Shown here: positions 60,601 through 64,000 of the stretch, in pieces
Position numbering within the stretch: the stretch's first letter is position 1
How the letters are laid out: the number at the start of each line of letters is the position of its first letter
DNA from: Mayamaea pseudoterrestris
Taxonomy: Eukaryota
DNA: 64,000 nucleotides
NCBI GenBank assembly: GCA_027923505.1
Contig: BROI01000006.1
Span: forward strand, 868,001-932,000
Direction: 5' to 3'
Made by a program: the position numbers and the translations under genes
Notes under the pieces: generated by a model
What the model was told of the DNA's origin: nothing
What the model saw: the letters and a program-made list of their open reading frames with translations, nothing else
Databases searched by the model: none

Positions 60601-63202
60601 CTGGTGTAATTTGGGCACCTACAGGGCTTGCTGTAGGGGCGTTTGAATGTCATGGCATCTGCGGGCTGAGACTGGTGACAAGTTGTCACCAAATACATTG
60701 CCATCCCCTGAGACACCAGCTAGGCATACCATCTTGTAGCGCAGCCTGAATAATGATGTTGGCACCATTCTGGTATTATTTGGGCACCTAAAGGGCTTGC
60801 TGTAGGGGCCTTTGAATATCATGGCCTCTGCCGGCTGAGACTAGTGACAAGTTGTCACCAATCACATTGCCATCCCCGGAGACACCAGCTAGGCATACCA
60901 TCTTGTAGCGCAGCCTAGATAATGATGTTTACACCATTCTGGTGTGATTTAAGCACCTAAAGGGCTTGCTGTGAGGGCGTTTGAATGTCACGGCATCTGC
61001 GGGCTGAGACTGGTGACAAGTTGTCACCAAATACATTGCCATCCCCTGAGACACCAGGAAGGCATACCATCTTGTAGCGCAGCCTAAATAATGATGTTGG
61101 CACCATTCTTGTGTAATTTGGGCACCTACAGTGCATGCTGTAGGGGCGTTTGAATGTCACGGCATCTGCGGGCTGAGACTGGTGACAAGTTGTCACCAAA
61201 TACATTGCCATCCCCTGAGACACCAGCTAGGCATATGATCTTGTAGCGCAGCCTGAAAAATGATGTTGGCACCATTCTGGTGTAATTTGGGCACCTACAG
61301 GGCTTGCTGTAGGGGCGTTTGAATGTCACGGCATCTGCGGGCTGAGACTGGTGACAAGTTGTCACCAATCACATTGACAGCCCCTGAGACACCAGCTAGG
61401 CATACCATCTTGTAGCGCAGCTGGAATAATGATGTTGGCACCATTCTGGTGTAATTTGGGCACCTACAGGGCTTGCTGTAGGGGCGTTTGAATGTCACGG
61501 CATCTGTGGGCTGAGACTGGAGACAAGTTGTCACCAATCACATTGCCATCCCCTGAGACACCAGGAAGGCATACCATCTTGTAGCGCAGCTGGAATAATG
61601 ATGTTGGCACCATTCTGGTGTAATCTAGGCATCTACAGGGCTTGCTGTAGGGGCGTTTGAATGTCACGGCATCTGCGGGCTGAGACTGGTGACAAGTTGT
61701 CACCAAATACATTGCCATCCCTGGAGACACACCAGCCAAGCCTACCATCTTGTAGCGCAGCTTGAATAATGATGTTGGCACCATTCTTGTGTAATTTGGG
61801 CACCTAAAGGGCTTGCTGTAGGGTTGGTTGAATGTCACGGCATCTGTGGGCTGAGACTGGAGACAGGTTGTCACCAAATACATTGCCATCCCCTGAGACA
61901 CCAGCCAAGCCAACCATCTTGTAGCGCAGCTGGAATAATGTTGTTGGCACCATTCTGGTGTAATTTGGGCAACTACAGTGCATGCTGTAGGGGCGTTTGA
62001 ATGTCATGGCATCTGTGGGCTGAGACTGGTGACAAGTTGTCACCAAATACATTGCCATCCCCTGAGACACCAGCTAGGCATATGATCTTGTAGCGCAGCC
62101 TGAAAAATGATGTTGGCACCATTCTGGTGTAATTTGGGCACCTACAGGGCTTGCTGTAGGGGCGTTTGAATGTCATGGCATCTGCGGGCTGAGACTGGTG
62201 ACAAGTTGTCACCAATCACATTGCCATCCCCTGAGACACCAGCTAGGCATACCATCTTGTAGCGCAGCTGGAATAATGATGTTGGCACCATTCTGGTGTA
62301 ATTTGGGCACCTAAAGGGCTTGCTGTAGGGGTGTTTGAATGTCACCGCATCTGTTGGCTGAGTCTGGTGACAAGTTGTCACCAAATACATTGCCATCCCC
62401 GGAGACAACACCCAAGCCAACCATCTTGTAGTGTAGCTGGAATAATGATGTTGGCACCATTCTGGTGTAATTTGGGCACCTACAGGGCTTGCTGTAGGGG
62501 CGTTTGAATGTCACAGCATCTGTTGGCTGAGTCTGGTGACAAGTTGTCATCAAATACATTGCCATCCCCGGAGACACCAGCTAGGCATACCATCTTGTAG
62601 CGCAGCCTGAATAATGATGTTGGCACCATTCTGGTGTAATTTGGGCACCTACAGGGCTTGCTGTAGGGGCGTTTGAATGTCATGGCATCTGCGGGCTGAG
62701 ACTGGAGACAAGTTGTCACAAAATACATTTCCATCCCCTGAGACACCAGCTAGGCATACCATCGTGTAGCGCAGCTTGAATAATGATGTTGGCACCCTTC
62801 TGGTGTAATTTAAGCACCGACAGGGCTTGTTGTAGGGGCGTTTGATTGTCACGGCATCTGCAGGAAGAGACTGGTGACAAGTTGTCACCAAATACATTGC
62901 CAACCCCTGAGACACCAGCCAAGTCTACCATCTTGTAGCGCAGCCGGAAAAATGATGTTGGCACCATTCTGATGGAATTTGGGTACCTACAGGGCTTGCT
63001 GTAGGGGCGTTTGAATGTCACGACATCTGCGGGCTGAGACTGGTGACAAGTTGTCACCAATCACATTGCCATCCCCTGAGACACCAGCTATGCATACCAT
63101 CTTGTAGCGCAGCCTGAATAATGATGTTGGCACCATTCTGGTGTAAATTGGGCACCTACAGGGCTTGCTGTAGGGGCGTTTGAATTTCACAGCATCTGCG
63201 GG
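48652..63202. repeat. Satellite 3: 169-bp unit x ~86, highly homogeneous
   Basis: TGGTGACAAGTTGTCACCA recurs every 169 bp, and the ORF-track period is 169. Confidence 0.99.
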
Positions 63203-63211
63203 CACCAGCTG

Positions 63212-63895
63212 ATGTAGTCTCCAAGTTCTGCCAGTAGGATGGCCTGCATTCTGTGGCCCCAGGCTTGTGCACAGTAGCTGGCTCCCATGACCTGCTCCAA
63301 CGGCCAGAGAGGTATACATGGATAGCTGGCAGTTGCCAGGCATTGTTTCATGATGTAGAAAGTGCAATCCATTCATCACTAGTCCATATAGTCTCCAGTT
63401 CTGCCAGTAGGACTGCTTGAATTTTGTGGCCCCAGGCTTGTCTACAGTAGCTGGCTGCCATATCCCACTTCAGCACCAATGAGGTATAAATGGGTAGCTG
63501 GCAGCTGACAGGCATTGTTTCATGATGTAGAAAGTGCAATCCATTCATTGCTAGTCCATAAATCTCCAAGTTCTGCCAGTAGGACCGCTTGAATTTCGTG
63601 GCCCAAGGCTTGTCCACCGTAGCTGGCTGCCACGACCCACTCCAACTGATGGGGAGGTTTAAATTGATAGCTGGCACTTAACAGGCATTGTTTCATGATA
63701 TATATAGTGCAATCCATTCATCACTGGTCCATGTAGTCTCCAAGTTCTGCCAGTAGGACTGCCTGATTGTGTGGCCCGAGGCTTGTCCACAGTAGCTGAC
63801 TGCCAGGACCCACTCCGTTGACAGGCATTGTTTCATGATGTCAAAAGTCAAATGCATTCATCACTATAGTCTGTGTAGTCTCCAAGTTCTGCAAG
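63212..63895. repeat. Satellite 4, right part (~173-bp unit x ~4)
   Basis: TAGTCTCCAAGTTCTGCCAGTAGG-like motif at about 63214, 63389, 63560, 63733 and 63875. Confidence 0.92.
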
Positions 63896-64000
63896 TAGAG
63901 AAAATAGGAACGGCTCTGATTGTTTGGCTCACCAGCAGCTGTTGACATTTTTTGGTTTGAATACCGGGTGTACGTAACGACTTTGCAATCCCGTTGCGAC

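Noticed and set aside
48652..63202. CRISPR array or repeat-protein gene (dozens of 80-88-aa ORFs)
   Set aside because: There are no unique spacers and no cas genes. 169 is not a multiple of 3, so the frames rotate and stop; the ORFs are satellite by-products.
47360..64000. Loose inverted similarity between GTCGCCAAATGGATGC (47366) and the window end (GCAATCCCGTTGCGAC) as TIRs around the satellite block
   Set aside because: Short and gapped, cut by the window edge, and no TSD is visible. It needs downstream sequence.
1..64000. tRNA, rRNA or telomeric repeats
   Set aside because: None recognised by eye. A covariance-model scan was not possible.

Overview
Eukaryotic nuclear DNA, very probably from a diatom. 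The evidence is short GT-AG introns with CTAAC branch points, a bipartite plastid-targeting presequence and two CoDi-like Ty1/copia elements. Bases 1-4433 repeat 19603-24052 (ankyrin gene tail plus the 3' part of LTR element A) and are fused to a truncated second copia element, B (4434-~8912). Next come a cluster of orphan Ser/Arg-rich genes (9-17 kb), an ankyrin-repeat gene, a full-length element A with identical 267-bp LTRs (20164-26300), a frameshifted uL4 gene, and a ~348-bp satellite (27.6-31.6 kb). These are followed by eIF3d, an NPPY-type methyltransferase-like gene, a second orphan cluster (37-46 kb) and a plastid FNR-like oxidoreductase. The window ends in a nested block of three 169-175-bp satellites (47.4-63.9 kb). 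The most notable observations are: (1) four otherwise dissimilar disordered proteins, two of them hidden from the ORF track, end in the same ~30-aa motif, GI[ST]xxQhxxLxxxGhxI; (2) the satellites carry palindromes with compensatory changes, and array breakpoints fall at palindrome centres; (3) both retroelements have non-canonical priming signals, a half-tRNA-Ile-like PBS in A and a possible self-priming fold in B. All comparisons were made by eye and no searches were run.
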